From Deltaproteobacteria bacterium (lineage in GTDB: Bacteria; Desulfobacterota; Syntrophia; Syntrophales; UBA2210): a DNA stretch of 64,000 nt. Both the position numbers and the translations under genes were made by a program. The notes beneath the pieces are model-generated. The model saw nothing but the letters and a program-made list of their open reading frames with translations, made no database searches and was not told the origin of the DNA. How positions within the stretch are numbered: the stretch's first letter is position 1; every line of letters begins with the position of its first letter. Location of the stretch: positions 7,318-71,317 of the forward strand of contig JAFGBH010000079.1 in the NCBI GenBank assembly GCA_016933215.1. Direction: 5' to 3'. Positions 10,089 to 20,852 of the stretch are shown here, piece after piece.

Positions 10089-10900
10089 TTTATAAAAAGT
10101 ATACTATAGTAATACACAAAGGGGATGATAAATATAAAAGAATCCAACCGATCTAATATCCCTCCATGTCCCGGAAGCAAAGATCCGGAGTCTTTAACCA
10201 TTGACGCTCTTTTTATGGAAGATTCACAAAGATCACCCAGCTGTCCGAGTATGCCTCCCATAAAACCGATCACAATGGCGTGTACAAAGGGAATTTCCGA
10301 AAGAAAGAGAATCTTAAATATGAGACATCCCAAAATGGTGCCAACAACGGAACCGATCGCACCCTCCTCGGTCTTCTTCGCGCTTATCTCGGGAAACAAT
10401 TTTCTCTTTCCAAAGGTCTTTCCCGCATAGAAAGCCGAAATATCGCTTGAAAAGGTAATGACGACTATAAAGACAACCCAGAGAGCCCCGTTCTCAAACC
10501 CCCTGAGGAGAATAAAATGAGACATCATGAAGGCTATGTACATATACCCGAATACTACCTTTATAAGAACCATAAGATCGCTTGATCCGGACTTCATCCT
10601 GAGGAGAAAAAGGAGGAAAACAATAAAGAATGAAAAGGTGGCCGTCGCGGACATGAGGGGAAGACCGCCCATATGGGCTGCCACCGGAATCAATATCCCT
10701 ATGAAAAGTCCCTCATACTTTTCCAGGGAATATTCGTCACCGAAGACCATCCTGTTATATTCAAAGATACCGCGAAGAATGACAGCCATAATAATACCGA
10801 GAAAAACGATATCGCTGAAGCGATAGGGAAAGACGATAAGTGCAATGAGAACGGGCACGACGACAATACCAGTAATGAGTCTCTTGACGTGAGAATCCAT
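10085..10900 (-). CDS. cdsA: Phosphatidate cytidylyltransferase
   Basis: SSIKRASMVKDSGSLLPGHGGILDRLDS signature and a polytopic membrane profile. Confidence 0.9.
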   Translation of the reverse strand: MDSHVKRLITGIVVVPVLIALIVFPYRFSDIVFLGIIMAVILRGIFEYNRMVFGDEYSLEKYEGLFIGILIPVAAHMGGLPLMSATATFSFFIVFLLFLLRMKSGSSDLMVLIKVVFGYMYIAFMMSHFILLRGFENGALWVVFIVVITFSSDISAFYAGKTFGKRKLFPEISAKKTEEGAIGSVVGTILGCLIFKILFLSEIPFVHAIVIGFMGGILGQLGDLCESSIKRASMVKDSGSLLPGHGGILDRLDSFIFIIPFVYYYSILFIK

Positions 10901-10903
10901 ATC

Positions 10904-11644
10904 CTAATCCTTCGACAGCTGTTCGCTGGTCATACCGAACCGCCGTTCTCTTCTCTGATAATCGGCGATTGCTTCTAAAAGATGCTCTCTGGAAAAATCA
11001 GGCCAGAGCACATCGGTAAAATAAAGCTCTGTATAGGCAAGCTGCCATATGAGGAAATTGCTCAATCTGTACTCACCGCTGGTTCTAATGAGCAAATCGG
11101 GGTCGGGCATCTCGGGGAAATAGAGATACTGAGAAAACATATCCTTCGTAATAGTGTCTTCCTTAATAGTGCCGCTCCTGATATCCCTGGCGATTTTTTT
11201 TACTCCATCCACTATCTCGTCCCTGCCCCCATAGCTGAGCGCCAGATTGAGACACATCCCTTGATTTCCGGACGTTTTTTCTATTGCCTCGCAAAGAGTT
11301 GTCTTCACGCCACCGGCGAGAGCATCAATATCGCCAATTGCCATCAGCCTGATATTGTTATCCATCATCTCATTCAGTTCTTCTTCAAGATAATTTTTCA
11401 GGAGTGCCGTCAGCGCCCTCACTTCTTCTTTCGGCCTCAGCCAGTTTTCTACTGAAAAGGCATAGAGGGTAAGATACTTGATACCGAGCTTCCTACAGGT
11501 CTTCACCACAGCACGAACAGCCTCAGCGCCTTTTCTGTGCCCCAGTACCCTGTTCATTGAATTTTTTGTGGCCCATCTTCCATTGCCATCCATTATTATG
11601 GCAATGTGTTTCGGTAATTTATCTCTATCGATTCGTTCCATCAA
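10904..11644 (-). CDS. uppS: Isoprenyl transferase (undecaprenyl diphosphate synthase)
   Basis: HIAIIMDGNGRWA and RTSGEYRLSNFLIWQLAYTELYF motifs. Confidence 0.95.
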   Translation of the reverse strand: MMERIDRDKLPKHIAIIMDGNGRWATKNSMNRVLGHRKGAEAVRAVVKTCRKLGIKYLTLYAFSVENWLRPKEEVRALTALLKNYLEEELNEMMDNNIRLMAIGDIDALAGGVKTTLCEAIEKTSGNQGMCLNLALSYGGRDEIVDGVKKIARDIRSGTIKEDTITKDMFSQYLYFPEMPDPDLLIRTSGEYRLSNFLIWQLAYTELYFTDVLWPDFSREHLLEAIADYQRRERRFGMTSEQLSKD

Positions 11645-11798
11645 AAAACCCGGTCATCCAACAGTCTTTGCATTAACTATCACGGCACACTGACATTTTC
11701 AAGGTATCTTTGTGTGAGGCAGTAACCTGTTGTTCTGTAGGTTCCTTTACCTACCAGAGGGAATAAAAAAGGTTATTCCAACTGACCTCTGTTGCCGC

Positions 11799-11823
11799 AA
11801 AAAAGGGGAACCTTAGGCTCCCC
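11799..11823 (-). terminator. Intrinsic terminator downstream of frr
   Basis: Minus-strand read GGGGAGCCTAAGGTTCCCC followed by TTTTTT, about 30 nt after the frr stop. Confidence 0.7.
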
Positions 11824-11851
11824 TCGATCATGTCCCCTTCTGCTCACAATC

Positions 11852-12409
11852 CTATATCTCCATAATTTCCTCTTCTTTGTCAGCAAGTACACTGTCCGCC
11901 CTTTTTATATAATCATCGGTTATCTTCTGCACTTCTTCCTGATGGGTAAACAGATTATCTTCCGATATATCTCCACTCTTTTTCAATTCTTTAAGGTTAT
12001 TGTTTGCATCTCTTCTGGTGTTCCGCAGATTAATCTTACATTCCTCGGCCATCTTCTTGACCACCTTCACCAGTTCCTTCCGTCTCACCTCGGTGAGGGG
12101 CGGAATATTGATTCTGATCACCTTTCCGTCGTTCATGGGAACCAGACCGAGCTCCGATTTCTGGATGGCCTTTTCGATATTCCCGATGGCACTCTTGTCC
12201 CAGGGAGAAATTACAATAAGCTGACTCTCCGGCACAGAGAGAGAGGCAACCTGATTTAAGGGAGTCATCGTGCCATAGTAATCTACCTTGATGCCGTCGA
12301 GAAGTGAGATGGATGCCCGCCCCGTTCGCACCTTATTGAAGGCTCTGTCCAGAAACTGGAGGTGCTTTTCCATATCCCCTTTCATTTCTTCAAATACCAA
12401 TTCGGTCAT
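11852..12409 (-). CDS. frr: Ribosome recycling factor
   Basis: 185 aa full-length RRF-like sequence in the conserved pyrH-frr context. Confidence 0.95.
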   Translation of the reverse strand: MTELVFEEMKGDMEKHLQFLDRAFNKVRTGRASISLLDGIKVDYYGTMTPLNQVASLSVPESQLIVISPWDKSAIGNIEKAIQKSELGLVPMNDGKVIRINIPPLTEVRRKELVKVVKKMAEECKINLRNTRRDANNNLKELKKSGDISEDNLFTHQEEVQKITDDYIKRADSVLADKEEEIMEI

Positions 12410-12412
12410 GTC

Positions 12413-13129
12413 TTAGGCCCCCACTTTTGTTCCTATCGGCTCTCCGCAGATTACCCGCCTGATATTTCCCCTCTGTTCAAGATTAAATACCACAATCGGG
12501 AGATTATTGTCCCTGCACATCGAAATCGCCGTCGAATCCATTACCCTCAGATTCCGTGACAGGACTTCCGTGTAATCGATCCTCTCAAAGATTGTAGCAT
12601 CGCCGTTTTTGACAGGATCTTTATCGTACACGCCGTCCACCTTCGTGGCCTTGAGGACAACATCGGCCTGCATCTCGAGTGCCCTCAAAGAGGCGGCGGT
12701 ATCGGTCGTAAAGTAGGGGTTTCCCGTCCCCGCTGCAAAAATTACGACCCTTCCCTTTTCAAGATGATTAATCGCCTTCCCTTTTATATAGGGCTCGGCC
12801 ACATCCCTCATATCGATAGCTGTTTGAACACGAGTGGTAACACCAATCCCTTCGAGCACATTCTGAAGGGCAAGGCCGTTAATGACCGTGGCAAGCATCC
12901 CCATATGGTCGGCAGATGCCCTGTCGAGGCCCTTCGTGCTTGCCTCGACACCCCTGAAGATATTACCGCCTCCGATCACTATCCCCAGCTCGACGCCGAG
13001 GGTAATAATGTCTTTCACCTCTTCGGCTATCACCTTGAGAACTTCAATATCTATTCCGAAGGAACTTTTTCCTAACAGTGCCTCGCCACTGAGCTTGAGG
13101 ATTACTCTCTTATATACTGGTTTATCCAT
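12413..13129 (-). CDS. pyrH: UMP kinase
   Basis: [13 protein letters not shown]... amino-acid-kinase fold. The start MDKPVYKRV is preferred; an alternative start lies 13 codons upstream at 13168. Confidence 0.93.
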   Translation of the reverse strand: MDKPVYKRVILKLSGEALLGKSSFGIDIEVLKVIAEEVKDIITLGVELGIVIGGGNIFRGVEASTKGLDRASADHMGMLATVINGLALQNVLEGIGVTTRVQTAIDMRDVAEPYIKGKAINHLEKGRVVIFAAGTGNPYFTTDTAASLRALEMQADVVLKATKVDGVYDKDPVKNGDATIFERIDYTEVLSRNLRVMDSTAISMCRDNNLPIVVFNLEQRGNIRRVICGEPIGTKVGA

Positions 13130-13223
13130 AGAAGATTGAGTGCCCTGAATGTAATTATTATGGTGCACCGATCATTAAAACGTTTCGATGCCCTGTAAAG
13201 CCTTCCAACACAAAGTGAAAGTG

Positions 13224-13823
13224 CTAAATCTCTTCGCCCAGCTGAAAGCGCGCAAAGCGTCGTACGATAATATTTTCTCCCGTTGTCGCTATCGTATTTT
13301 GTACAAGGGTTCCCACGGTAATATCCGTATCCTTGATGAACTTCTGATTCAGGAGGCACACTTCCTCGTAGAATTTTTTGAGTTTGCCCTCAATAATCCT
13401 GTCGACAATCTTTTCAGGTTTTCCCTCATCAAGGGCCTGGGTCTTGTAAATCTCTTTCTCGCTTTCCAATACCGCCTGAGGTACATCCTCTTCGGCGAGA
13501 TAGGTCGGATTCGATGCTGCAATGTGCATGGCAATATCTCGTGCCAGTGCGCCGAAGCCTTCAGTCTTAGCTACAAAATCGGTCTCACAATTGACCTCAA
13601 CCATAACACCTATTTTACCCTGCATATGGATATACGAAGCGATCACTCCGTCCTTCGCCGCCCTGGAAGACCTCTTCGTTGCCGCGGATAGGCCCTTTTT
13701 TCTCAAGTACTCTATAGCCTTTTCAAAATCTCCATCGGATGCTACCAGAGCCTCCTTGCAGTCCATCATACCGGCATTGGTTTTGTCTCGTAATTCTTTT
13801 ACTGCAGATGCTGTAATACCCAA
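13224..13823 (-). CDS. tsf: Elongation factor Ts (short form)
   Basis: N-terminal UBA-like ITASAVKELRDKTNAGMMDCKEAL. Sits directly after rpsB. Confidence 0.95.
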   Translation of the reverse strand: MGITASAVKELRDKTNAGMMDCKEALVASDGDFEKAIEYLRKKGLSAATKRSSRAAKDGVIASYIHMQGKIGVMVEVNCETDFVAKTEGFGALARDIAMHIAASNPTYLAEEDVPQAVLESEKEIYKTQALDEGKPEKIVDRIIEGKLKKFYEEVCLLNQKFIKDTDITVGTLVQNTIATTGENIIVRRFARFQLGEEI

Positions 13824-13824
13824 T

Positions 13825-14697
13825 TTACTTTACCTCCTCGGTTTCATCCTCTTCCTCGGAATTATTATCAGATTCCTCTGTTATCTCCGCTTCCTTTGTT
13901 TCAACGCTTTCAGGAACGTCAAGCTCCTCCTCCACTGCTGCCGCTTCTTCCAGCTCTACTTCCAGATCCTCTTTAATGTCTTCTTTGTCGCTTTCTGCCT
14001 GAATCATCTCTTCGAAACGTCTCTTTCCTTCAAGAACGGCATCGGCCATCTTTGAGGAAAAGAGCTTGATAGCCCTTATGGCATCGTCATTTCCTGGAAT
14101 GATGTAATCGATATTATCGGGATCACAATTTGTATCCACAATCGCCGCTATGGGAATTCCAAGCTTATTTGCTTCCTTAACAGCGATAATCTCCTTCTTC
14201 GGATCAATAATAAAAATGCCTCCGGGCAAGCCCTTCATGTCTCTGATACCACCCAGGACCTTTTGAAGCTTGTCCCTTTCCTTTTGCAGTTTCAGTATCT
14301 CTTTCTTGGGAAAGGCATTGATGCTTTCGTCCTCAAACATTGCATCGAGGGAATTCAACCTGTCGATACTCTTTTTCAGGGTAACGAAATTTGTGAGCAT
14401 ACCGCCAAGCCACCGCTGATTGACATGGGGCATCCCTGCCCTCTCCGCTTCCGCCTTTATCGATTCCTGGGCCTGTCGTTTGGTACCCACGAAGAGGACT
14501 TCTTTTCCGGAAGCTACCGTATCAACAATAAAATTGTACGCAACATCGAACATGTGAACCGTTTGCTGCAGATCGACAATATAGATTCCGTTTCGTGCAC
14601 CGAAAATATATTCTTTCATTTTCGGATTCCATCTGTTCGTCTGATGGCCGAAATGAACTCCCGATTCGAGCAGCATCTTCATTGATAATTGTGCCAT
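13825..14697 (-). CDS. rpsB: 30S ribosomal protein S2 with acidic C-terminal tail
   Basis: [36 protein letters not shown] upstream of the ATG at 14697. The C-terminal ~60 aa are Glu/Asp-rich. Confidence 0.95.
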   Translation of the reverse strand: MAQLSMKMLLESGVHFGHQTNRWNPKMKEYIFGARNGIYIVDLQQTVHMFDVAYNFIVDTVASGKEVLFVGTKRQAQESIKAEAERAGMPHVNQRWLGGMLTNFVTLKKSIDRLNSLDAMFEDESINAFPKKEILKLQKERDKLQKVLGGIRDMKGLPGGIFIIDPKKEIIAVKEANKLGIPIAAIVDTNCDPDNIDYIIPGNDDAIRAIKLFSSKMADAVLEGKRRFEEMIQAESDKEDIKEDLEVELEEAAAVEEELDVPESVETKEAEITEESDNNSEEEDETEEVK

Positions 14698-14885
14698 ATA
14701 AAATCTCCTTTGTTCGTTTTTTTCCTCCACCCCCGTCACCTTGCTGTGAAACTTTTTTTAAAAAGCAACGCACAACAATCAAGGGGTGTGTGAAATCGCC
14801 AACTTATTAGCTGGAGCGAGTTACCACATACGGGGCAAATAATCAAGGCAAAAAAGAGTATATGGGAGTATAGTTACTGCCCGCT

Positions 14886-16076
14886 TCAGCTTGTATAGAG
14901 TGAGTTTATCTTCACATATTCATAGGAAAGGTCGGACGTATACATTCGACAGGATTTTTTCCCCATGCCGAGCCGTATCAGGACACCGATCGAGTCTTTT
15001 TTCATCACTTCGGCAAGCCTTTTCACATTACCTTCCACACCTTTTCCGCCTGAAAAAAGTGGAATTCCCTCAAAATAGAGCTCAACCGATTCTGGTAACA
15101 GAGCTATCCCTGTCGATCCGATGGCAGATATGATTCTCCCCCAGTTGGGATCTTCCCCGAAAAAGGCTGTCTTGACGAGATTCGATCTCGCCACGGAATA
15201 GGCCACCCTTTTTGCATCAGACTCCCCTTCGGCTCCTTCTACGACGATCTCGATAAGCTTTGTCGCTCCCTCTCCGTCTCTCACAATGGACTTCGCCAGT
15301 GACAGCATCACATCGAAAAGAGCCTCCCTGAATATCGGAAGGCCTCCCGATTTCTCATGTATGGAATCGTTTTTTGCGAAACCATTTGCCATTATTATGG
15401 CCGTATCATTCGTGCTCATGCACCCGTCTACGCTAATCGCATTAAAACTCCTCTCAACCTCTTCCCTGAATACGCCCTCAAGGCAATCCTTATCAATTTT
15501 TGCATCGGTCATGATAAAAGAGAGCATGGTTGCCATATTGGGTTCTATCATGCCAGCCCCCTTTGCGATTCCGCAGACAGTAATATCCTTTCCTTCGAGT
15601 GTAATTGTCCGCAATTCTATCTTCGGGAATCGATCGGTGGTCATAATACCTTCTTCGGCGGAAGGCAGACCTGCTTCACTCAAGCCCCCGACAAGCCTCC
15701 CCATATTCTCAAGTATCTTCTCCACAGGGAGCTTCTTTCCGATAACCCCCGTGGAGGCAACGAGCACAAGATCCTCCTCGATTTCAAGTGCCTTAGAAAC
15801 CGCCCGTGACATGGCACAGGCATCTTCATACCCCGCATCTCCCGTCGAGGCGTTTGCATTACCGCTGTTTACGACAATCGCCTGAGCACACCCCCTTTTG
15901 ATTCGTTCCATATTGAGAATGACCGGAGCTGCCTTGAAACGATTCGCCGTAAAGACTCCCGCCGCTTGTGCCGGAACAGTTGAAAATATGAGGGAAAGGT
16001 CTTTCCTCCCATCAGTTTTTATTCCGGAAGCTATACCATTGGCGAGAAAGCCTGGAATGCGTATATTTTTTTCCAT
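14886..16076 (-). CDS. argJ: Bifunctional glutamate N-acetyltransferase/amino-acid acetyltransferase
   Basis: ArgJ family with the autoprocessing site ...NMATMLSFIMTDA. The internal start MEKNIRIPGF (GAGGAA RBS) avoids overlap with secA. Confidence 0.9.
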   Translation of the reverse strand: MEKNIRIPGFLANGIASGIKTDGRKDLSLIFSTVPAQAAGVFTANRFKAAPVILNMERIKRGCAQAIVVNSGNANASTGDAGYEDACAMSRAVSKALEIEEDLVLVASTGVIGKKLPVEKILENMGRLVGGLSEAGLPSAEEGIMTTDRFPKIELRTITLEGKDITVCGIAKGAGMIEPNMATMLSFIMTDAKIDKDCLEGVFREEVERSFNAISVDGCMSTNDTAIIMANGFAKNDSIHEKSGGLPIFREALFDVMLSLAKSIVRDGEGATKLIEIVVEGAEGESDAKRVAYSVARSNLVKTAFFGEDPNWGRIISAIGSTGIALLPESVELYFEGIPLFSGGKGVEGNVKRLAEVMKKDSIGVLIRLGMGKKSCRMYTSDLSYEYVKINSLYTS

Positions 16077-16122
16077 TTCCTCAAATACTCCTGATCTTCT
16101 GAAAAGGTAAAAAAACCGTTTT

Positions 16123-18645
16123 TTACCTTCCGCAACAGTGTTTGTATTTCTTTCCGCTCCCACAGGGACAGGGATCGTTCCTTCCCACTTTTTTCCCTTC
16201 TCTTTTCACTGTCGCGGGCGTCGCACCCGTATCACCCCGGCTCATTATATAATCCTGTTGCTGGCGCTCTCGTATCTCCTGGATTTCCTCCTCTCTCTGT
16301 ATTTTAACCAGGGAGAGTTTCTCCAGGATATCTTCCTTAATCCTGTAGACCATGTCCATAAACATCTCATAGCCTTCCTTCTGATACTCTCTCACCGGAT
16401 CCTTCTGACCGTATCCCCGAAGACCGATTCCCTCTTTTAGGTGATCCATGGCCAGCAGATGATCCTTCCAATGAGCGTCTATGGTCTGAAGCATTACAAC
16501 CCTCATAACGTATTCCATGAGAGGCTTGCCGTATTCCTCTTCCTTGTTTCTTAACAGCTTCTGGACATCATTAAGTATCTTTTCCGTTACCTCTTCCCTC
16601 GCCAGGGTACCAGGATCCATTTTTTCAAAATTACTCTTCAAGGAAAACTGTTTATGGAGAATATCATCGAAGCCTTTGAGATTCCATTCATTCGGATGGA
16701 GCTTCTCTTCCAGATATTCATCCACGAGATCCTCGACAACTTCTTCAAGCATTTCATTAACTATTTGCCATAAATCCTCTCCAGTCAATACATCTTTACG
16801 CTGACGATAAATTACTTCCCGCTGACGGTTCATGACATCGTCAAATTCCAGGAGGTGTTTTCTTATGTCGAAATTCTGCCCCTCCACCCTCTTCTGGGCA
16901 CTCTCGATAGCCTTAGAAATGAGATTATGTTCTATCGGTTGTCCGTCCTCAACCCCGATTCTGTCCATAACGGATGAAATCCTCTCCGCACCGAATATTC
17001 TCAGAAGATCATCCTCCAGGGAAAGATAAAAACGGGAAGAACCTTTGTCGCCCTGTCTTCCCGTCCTTCCCCGCAACTGATTGTCGATCCGCCGACTTTC
17101 ATGCCGCTCAGTTCCGAGTATATGAAGCCCTCCCAGATCGGCGACACCATCACCCAGTTTTATGTCCGTTCCCCTTCCGGCCATGTTCGTCGATATCGTT
17201 ACTGCCCCCGACTGACCCGCCTGGGAAATAATTTCTGCCTCCTTTTCATGGTTCTTGGCATTCAGGACATTGTGTTTTATGCCATTTCTCGTGAGATATT
17301 TGCTTAAAAGTTCGGATTTCTCGATGGATATGGTGCCGATCAGAACGGGCCTTCTGTTTTTATGTAACTCCTTGACTTCCTCCACGGCTGCCTTGAATTT
17401 TTCCTCTTCTGTTTTATAAATCACATCGGGATAATCAATTCTGATCATCGGCATATTCGTCGGAACGATGACCACATCAAGGTCATATATCTTTTTAAAC
17501 TCTGCGGCTTCCGTGTCCGCCGTACCGGTCATGCCTGCCAGTTTTTTATACATTCTGAAATAATTCTGGAAGGTTATGGAGGCAAGCGTCTGGTTTTCAC
17601 GTTCTATTTTTACTTTTTCCTTTGCCTCCAGGGCCTGATGGAGACCGTCGCTGTATCGTCTGCCGGGCATGACCCTTCCCGTAAATTCATCGACAATCAC
17701 CACCTGTCCATCCTTGACCAGGTAGTCGATATCCCTCTTGAACATCGTATGGGCCTTGAGGGCCTGGTTTACATGGTGCAGAATCTCTATATTTTTCGGT
17801 TCATAAAGATTTTGAACCTTGATGAGTTTTTCTACCCTTGCCACACCCTCCTCTGTCAGCGCAACGGTTCTGCTCTTCTCTTCAACCGTATAGTCCTGTT
17901 CTTTCTTCAGGCGGGGAATGACCTGATTTATTTTGTAATACTTATCCGTCGATTCCTCTGACGGCCCCGATATGATGAGAGGAGTTCGCGCCTCATCGAC
18001 GAGGATACTGTCCACCTCATCCACGATCGCATAATTGAAATCGCGCTGCACATAGTCTTCAATGCGGAAGTTCATGTTGTCTCTGAGGTAGTCGAAACCG
18101 AATTCGTTGTTGGTTCCGTAAGTAATATCGCAGTTGTAGGCCTTACTTCGTTCGACATCGTCCATACCGTGAACGATCACACCCACGGAGAGCCCGAGAA
18201 AATTATAGACCGGTCCCATCCACTCGGCATCCCTTTTCGCCAGGTAATCATTCACCGTTACGAGATGCGAACCTTTGCCTGTCAGGGCATTCAAATAGAG
18301 GGGCATTGTGGCGGCCAGCGTTTTCCCTTCGCCCGTTTTCATCTCCGCTATTTTCCCTTCATGGAGAACGAGACCTCCGATGACCTGAACGTCGAAGGGT
18401 CTCATGCCAATGGTCCTCCAGGCAACTTCCCTCACAACGGCAAAGACCTCAGCCAGTATATCATCGATATCCCGGCCATTATTGAGCAGCTCTTTGAAAT
18501 AGGGCGTCTTGGCCCTCAGTTCCTCATCGCTGAGTCCCTTTACAGAGGAATCGAGGGTGTTTATCTCTTCCAGGACAAGGGAGAGTCTCTTCAACTCTCG
18601 ATCATTTTTGCTTCCAACTAGTTTTTTTATAATAAAGCTAAACAT
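16123..18645 (-). CDS. secA: Preprotein translocase ATPase SecA
   Basis: Full-length SecA with C-terminal zinc motif [14 protein letters not shown]. The start [19 protein letters not shown] is preferred over the 17-codon extension. Confidence 0.97.
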   Translation of the reverse strand: MFSFIIKKLVGSKNDRELKRLSLVLEEINTLDSSVKGLSDEELRAKTPYFKELLNNGRDIDDILAEVFAVVREVAWRTIGMRPFDVQVIGGLVLHEGKIAEMKTGEGKTLAATMPLYLNALTGKGSHLVTVNDYLAKRDAEWMGPVYNFLGLSVGVIVHGMDDVERSKAYNCDITYGTNNEFGFDYLRDNMNFRIEDYVQRDFNYAIVDEVDSILVDEARTPLIISGPSEESTDKYYKINQVIPRLKKEQDYTVEEKSRTVALTEEGVARVEKLIKVQNLYEPKNIEILHHVNQALKAHTMFKRDIDYLVKDGQVVIVDEFTGRVMPGRRYSDGLHQALEAKEKVKIERENQTLASITFQNYFRMYKKLAGMTGTADTEAAEFKKIYDLDVVIVPTNMPMIRIDYPDVIYKTEEEKFKAAVEEVKELHKNRRPVLIGTISIEKSELLSKYLTRNGIKHNVLNAKNHEKEAEIISQAGQSGAVTISTNMAGRGTDIKLGDGVADLGGLHILGTERHESRRIDNQLRGRTGRQGDKGSSRFYLSLEDDLLRIFGAERISSVMDRIGVEDGQPIEHNLISKAIESAQKRVEGQNFDIRKHLLEFDDVMNRQREVIYRQRKDVLTGEDLWQIVNEMLEEVVEDLVDEYLEEKLHPNEWNLKGFDDILHKQFSLKSNFEKMDPGTLAREEVTEKILNDVQKLLRNKEEEYGKPLMEYVMRVVMLQTIDAHWKDHLLAMDHLKEGIGLRGYGQKDPVREYQKEGYEMFMDMVYRIKEDILEKLSLVKIQREEEIQEIRERQQQDYIMSRGDTGATPATVKREGKKVGRNDPCPCGSGKKYKHCCGR

Positions 18646-18655
18646 TTTTACCTCA

Positions 18656-18685
18656 TAAAAAAACCCGGCATAGCATAGTACCGGG
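18656..18685 (-). terminator. Terminator-like hairpin between the M23 peptidase gene and secA
   Basis: Minus-strand read CCCGGTA-CTATGCTA-TGCCGGG followed by TTTTTTT. It ends about 10 nt before the secA start codon. Confidence 0.55.
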
Positions 18686-18726
18686 AGATATAACAATCAT
18701 ATACTAGTAAAAGAAAACCGTCAGAA

Positions 18727-19635
18727 TTAGAAAAGATACCTTTGGGGATTCACATGTATGCCATCAACGCGAACGCCGTAATGCAGATGAGGGCCTGTAC
18801 TCCTTCCGGAATTTCCCACATAACCGATTACCTCGCCCCTTTTCACCTTTTGGCCGCTCTTTATCGTGCTCATTTTCAGGAGATGCCCGTAGCTCGTTTC
18901 GATACCGTTGCCATGATCAATCATAATCATATTTCCCATATCAGACTTCCGGCATGCCTTGACGATGGTACCGTCTGCAGGAGCCACCACCGGCTCTCCC
19001 ACTCTGGCCGATATGTCTATCCCCCTGTGAAATTCTCTCTTTCCCGTAAAGGGTGAAGTTCTGTATCCGTATCTGGAGGTGACCCAGCCCATGACAGGCC
19101 ATATAGAGGGCGTTGAGGCGAGTACCGATTTTTGCTCTTGAAGGTAATTAAACAGTTCCTGAAAACTGCTCTCCTGGAACGTGGCTTCGTCAAGAAGCTC
19201 ATCCATGTTTTTATGGATCTGGTCAATCAACTCATCTTCTATTTCCCGTACCTGAGGTCCCGTCCCTTCCTCATTCTGCGAAGGTCCGCCCACACCGAGC
19301 AACTGACTGTCTTTACCTTTATTGTCAAGATTTGTTATTATTCTCAGTTTCTTATCAAACTGCCTGAGGCTAGAAAGCTTCTGTTCAAATTCACCCACCT
19401 TCCCGGCCAGCAGATCGATCTGTTCCCTCTGAACTGCATTTAACTGCCGCAAACGGTTCAGCTCTTCGATCTTCCCCACATTATCAACATGCTCCCATAC
19501 AAAATAGGCAAGTGAGATGACAACAACCAGGGCAGCGAAGGAAACCAGTTTGACAAAGGTACCCGATAGTTTAAACTTCCTTATTGAACTCTCTTTCTGG
19601 GGAATAATAAGAAAGGTATAGTAGTTTTTCTTCAC
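18727..19635 (-). CDS. M23 family metallopeptidase (murein endopeptidase-like) with N-terminal TM and coiled coil
   Basis: HRGIDI and GNSGRSTGPHLHYGVRV M23 motifs. Confidence 0.85.
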   Translation of the reverse strand: MKKNYYTFLIIPQKESSIRKFKLSGTFVKLVSFAALVVVISLAYFVWEHVDNVGKIEELNRLRQLNAVQREQIDLLAGKVGEFEQKLSSLRQFDKKLRIITNLDNKGKDSQLLGVGGPSQNEEGTGPQVREIEDELIDQIHKNMDELLDEATFQESSFQELFNYLQEQKSVLASTPSIWPVMGWVTSRYGYRTSPFTGKREFHRGIDISARVGEPVVAPADGTIVKACRKSDMGNMIMIDHGNGIETSYGHLLKMSTIKSGQKVKRGEVIGYVGNSGRSTGPHLHYGVRVDGIHVNPQRYLF

Positions 19636-19765
19636 TTCAGACCCTCGTACCTATTTCTGAAATGCAACTCCCAAATCCAAGGCGAAATTATCACAGATGA
19701 CTCAAATGTCAAGAAAAGATTGTGCAAGAAAGGGGTCGGAAAATACTTAACTCTTCGATTTCATT

Positions 19766-19824
19766 TGGCAGCGTAAGGAGAATTTGAACTGCCGATCTTT
19801 GTTTTATGAGCCTACCGACTATTG
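19766..19824 (-). pseudogene. Degenerate copy of the 3' ~59 nt of tRNA-fMet
   Basis: By-eye alignment to 20720-20778 gives roughly three quarters identical positions, including CATAA (anticodon loop) and the shared flank TTCATT-TGG. The T-stem no longer pairs. Confidence 0.6.
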
Positions 19825-20340
19825 CCACATCAGGTAAAATGCAAGCTCTTTATCTCGATAATCAATGGCTCTTGTAAATTCGGCACCTATAAAATTTTTA
19901 TCGACCCTCTTGACAATCGCCTTTTTCTCGACAATCGATTTCATCTTGTCATCCAATATGAATCGTACCTTTAGAACATCGCCTATTTCCACATTGATAG
20001 TATTTTTCATCTTAAAACCGATACCGGTTCTCGATATATTTCCTACCGTTACCACGGAGGTAGTGTCAAAATCGAAGGGCGGATCAATCTCAGCAGTGGC
20101 AACGGTATAGACTCCTTTGAGATTGGTCCTCTTGCGATAAAACTTTCTATAATTTATTAAGGCTTTGTACTTATGACCACAGGTGGGACACGTCAGCTCT
20201 ATCCCAGCGGCCTGATTGATCAACCTGTATGAAGAGGTGTTAATTCTTTTTGAAGACCCGCACTGTGGACAGTGCATAAATGCGCTGTCCTTTTTGCCGG
20301 CATGAATGGTTACCTGCATTTGCTGAGCTGTCTGCTCCAT
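19819..20340 (-). CDS. Zinc-ribbon + PilZ domain protein (putative c-di-GMP receptor), paralog 1
   Basis: CPQC...CPTC zinc ribbon, then PilZ motifs RKFYR (RxxxR) and NISRTG (N/DxSxxG). The start MEQTAQQ sits the right distance from GAGGAG. Paralog of 46165-46644. Confidence 0.75.
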   Translation of the reverse strand: MEQTAQQMQVTIHAGKKDSAFMHCPQCGSSKRINTSSYRLINQAAGIELTCPTCGHKYKALINYRKFYRKRTNLKGVYTVATAEIDPPFDFDTTSVVTVGNISRTGIGFKMKNTINVEIGDVLKVRFILDDKMKSIVEKKAIVKRVDKNFIGAEFTRAIDYRDKELAFYLMWQ

Positions 20341-20719
20341 TCTCATACTCTCCTCAATGTTAATTTGAACGTTCACGGAAGAAAATCCAACGTCGGAAGT
20401 GAAAACGTTACGAGCCGGGCGATCAGCATTTTTTGATCTACGGCTTTGCATCCTACCCCCCTCACGAATGGTTTGAATTCATTGTTTTCAAACAACGCCC
20501 ATTGAAAAAAGATTCCTCAAGATGACAATCGTGTTCAAAATATTATAGAAGGCCATTGAAAATCGCTATGAAGTATCACACACAATACGTGTGAAATTGA
20601 TCAATTTATCTGCTCCCATACAATGAAAATTTGACTTTTCAGTTCCACTGTAATCTGTCGGAGTTTGTTATTGATCAGAAAAAAAGGTTGACCGAATCGG
20701 ACAACCCTCTGAATTCATT

Positions 20720-20796
<77 letters not shown>

Positions 20797-20817
20797 TCAT
20801 ATGTGTTTAGGGTGCGG

Positions 20818-20846
20818 AAGATAATCCAATATGCTTCAATTGTCAA
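20818..20846 (-). promoter_or_regulatory. Sigma70-like promoter for tRNA-fMet
   Basis: Minus-strand TTGACA-N17-TATCTT, about 20 nt upstream of the mature tRNA 5' end. Confidence 0.5.
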
Positions 20847-20852
20847 GGAGTT

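Noticed and set aside
20576-20594. TCACAC-ACAATAC-GTGTGA upstream of PilZ-1 as a CRP/cAMP-receptor site, which is tempting given the neighbouring cyclase.
   Set aside because: The half-sites are everted (TCACA...TGTGA) rather than the TGTGA-N6-TCACA arrangement. It is more simply a 6-bp hairpin.
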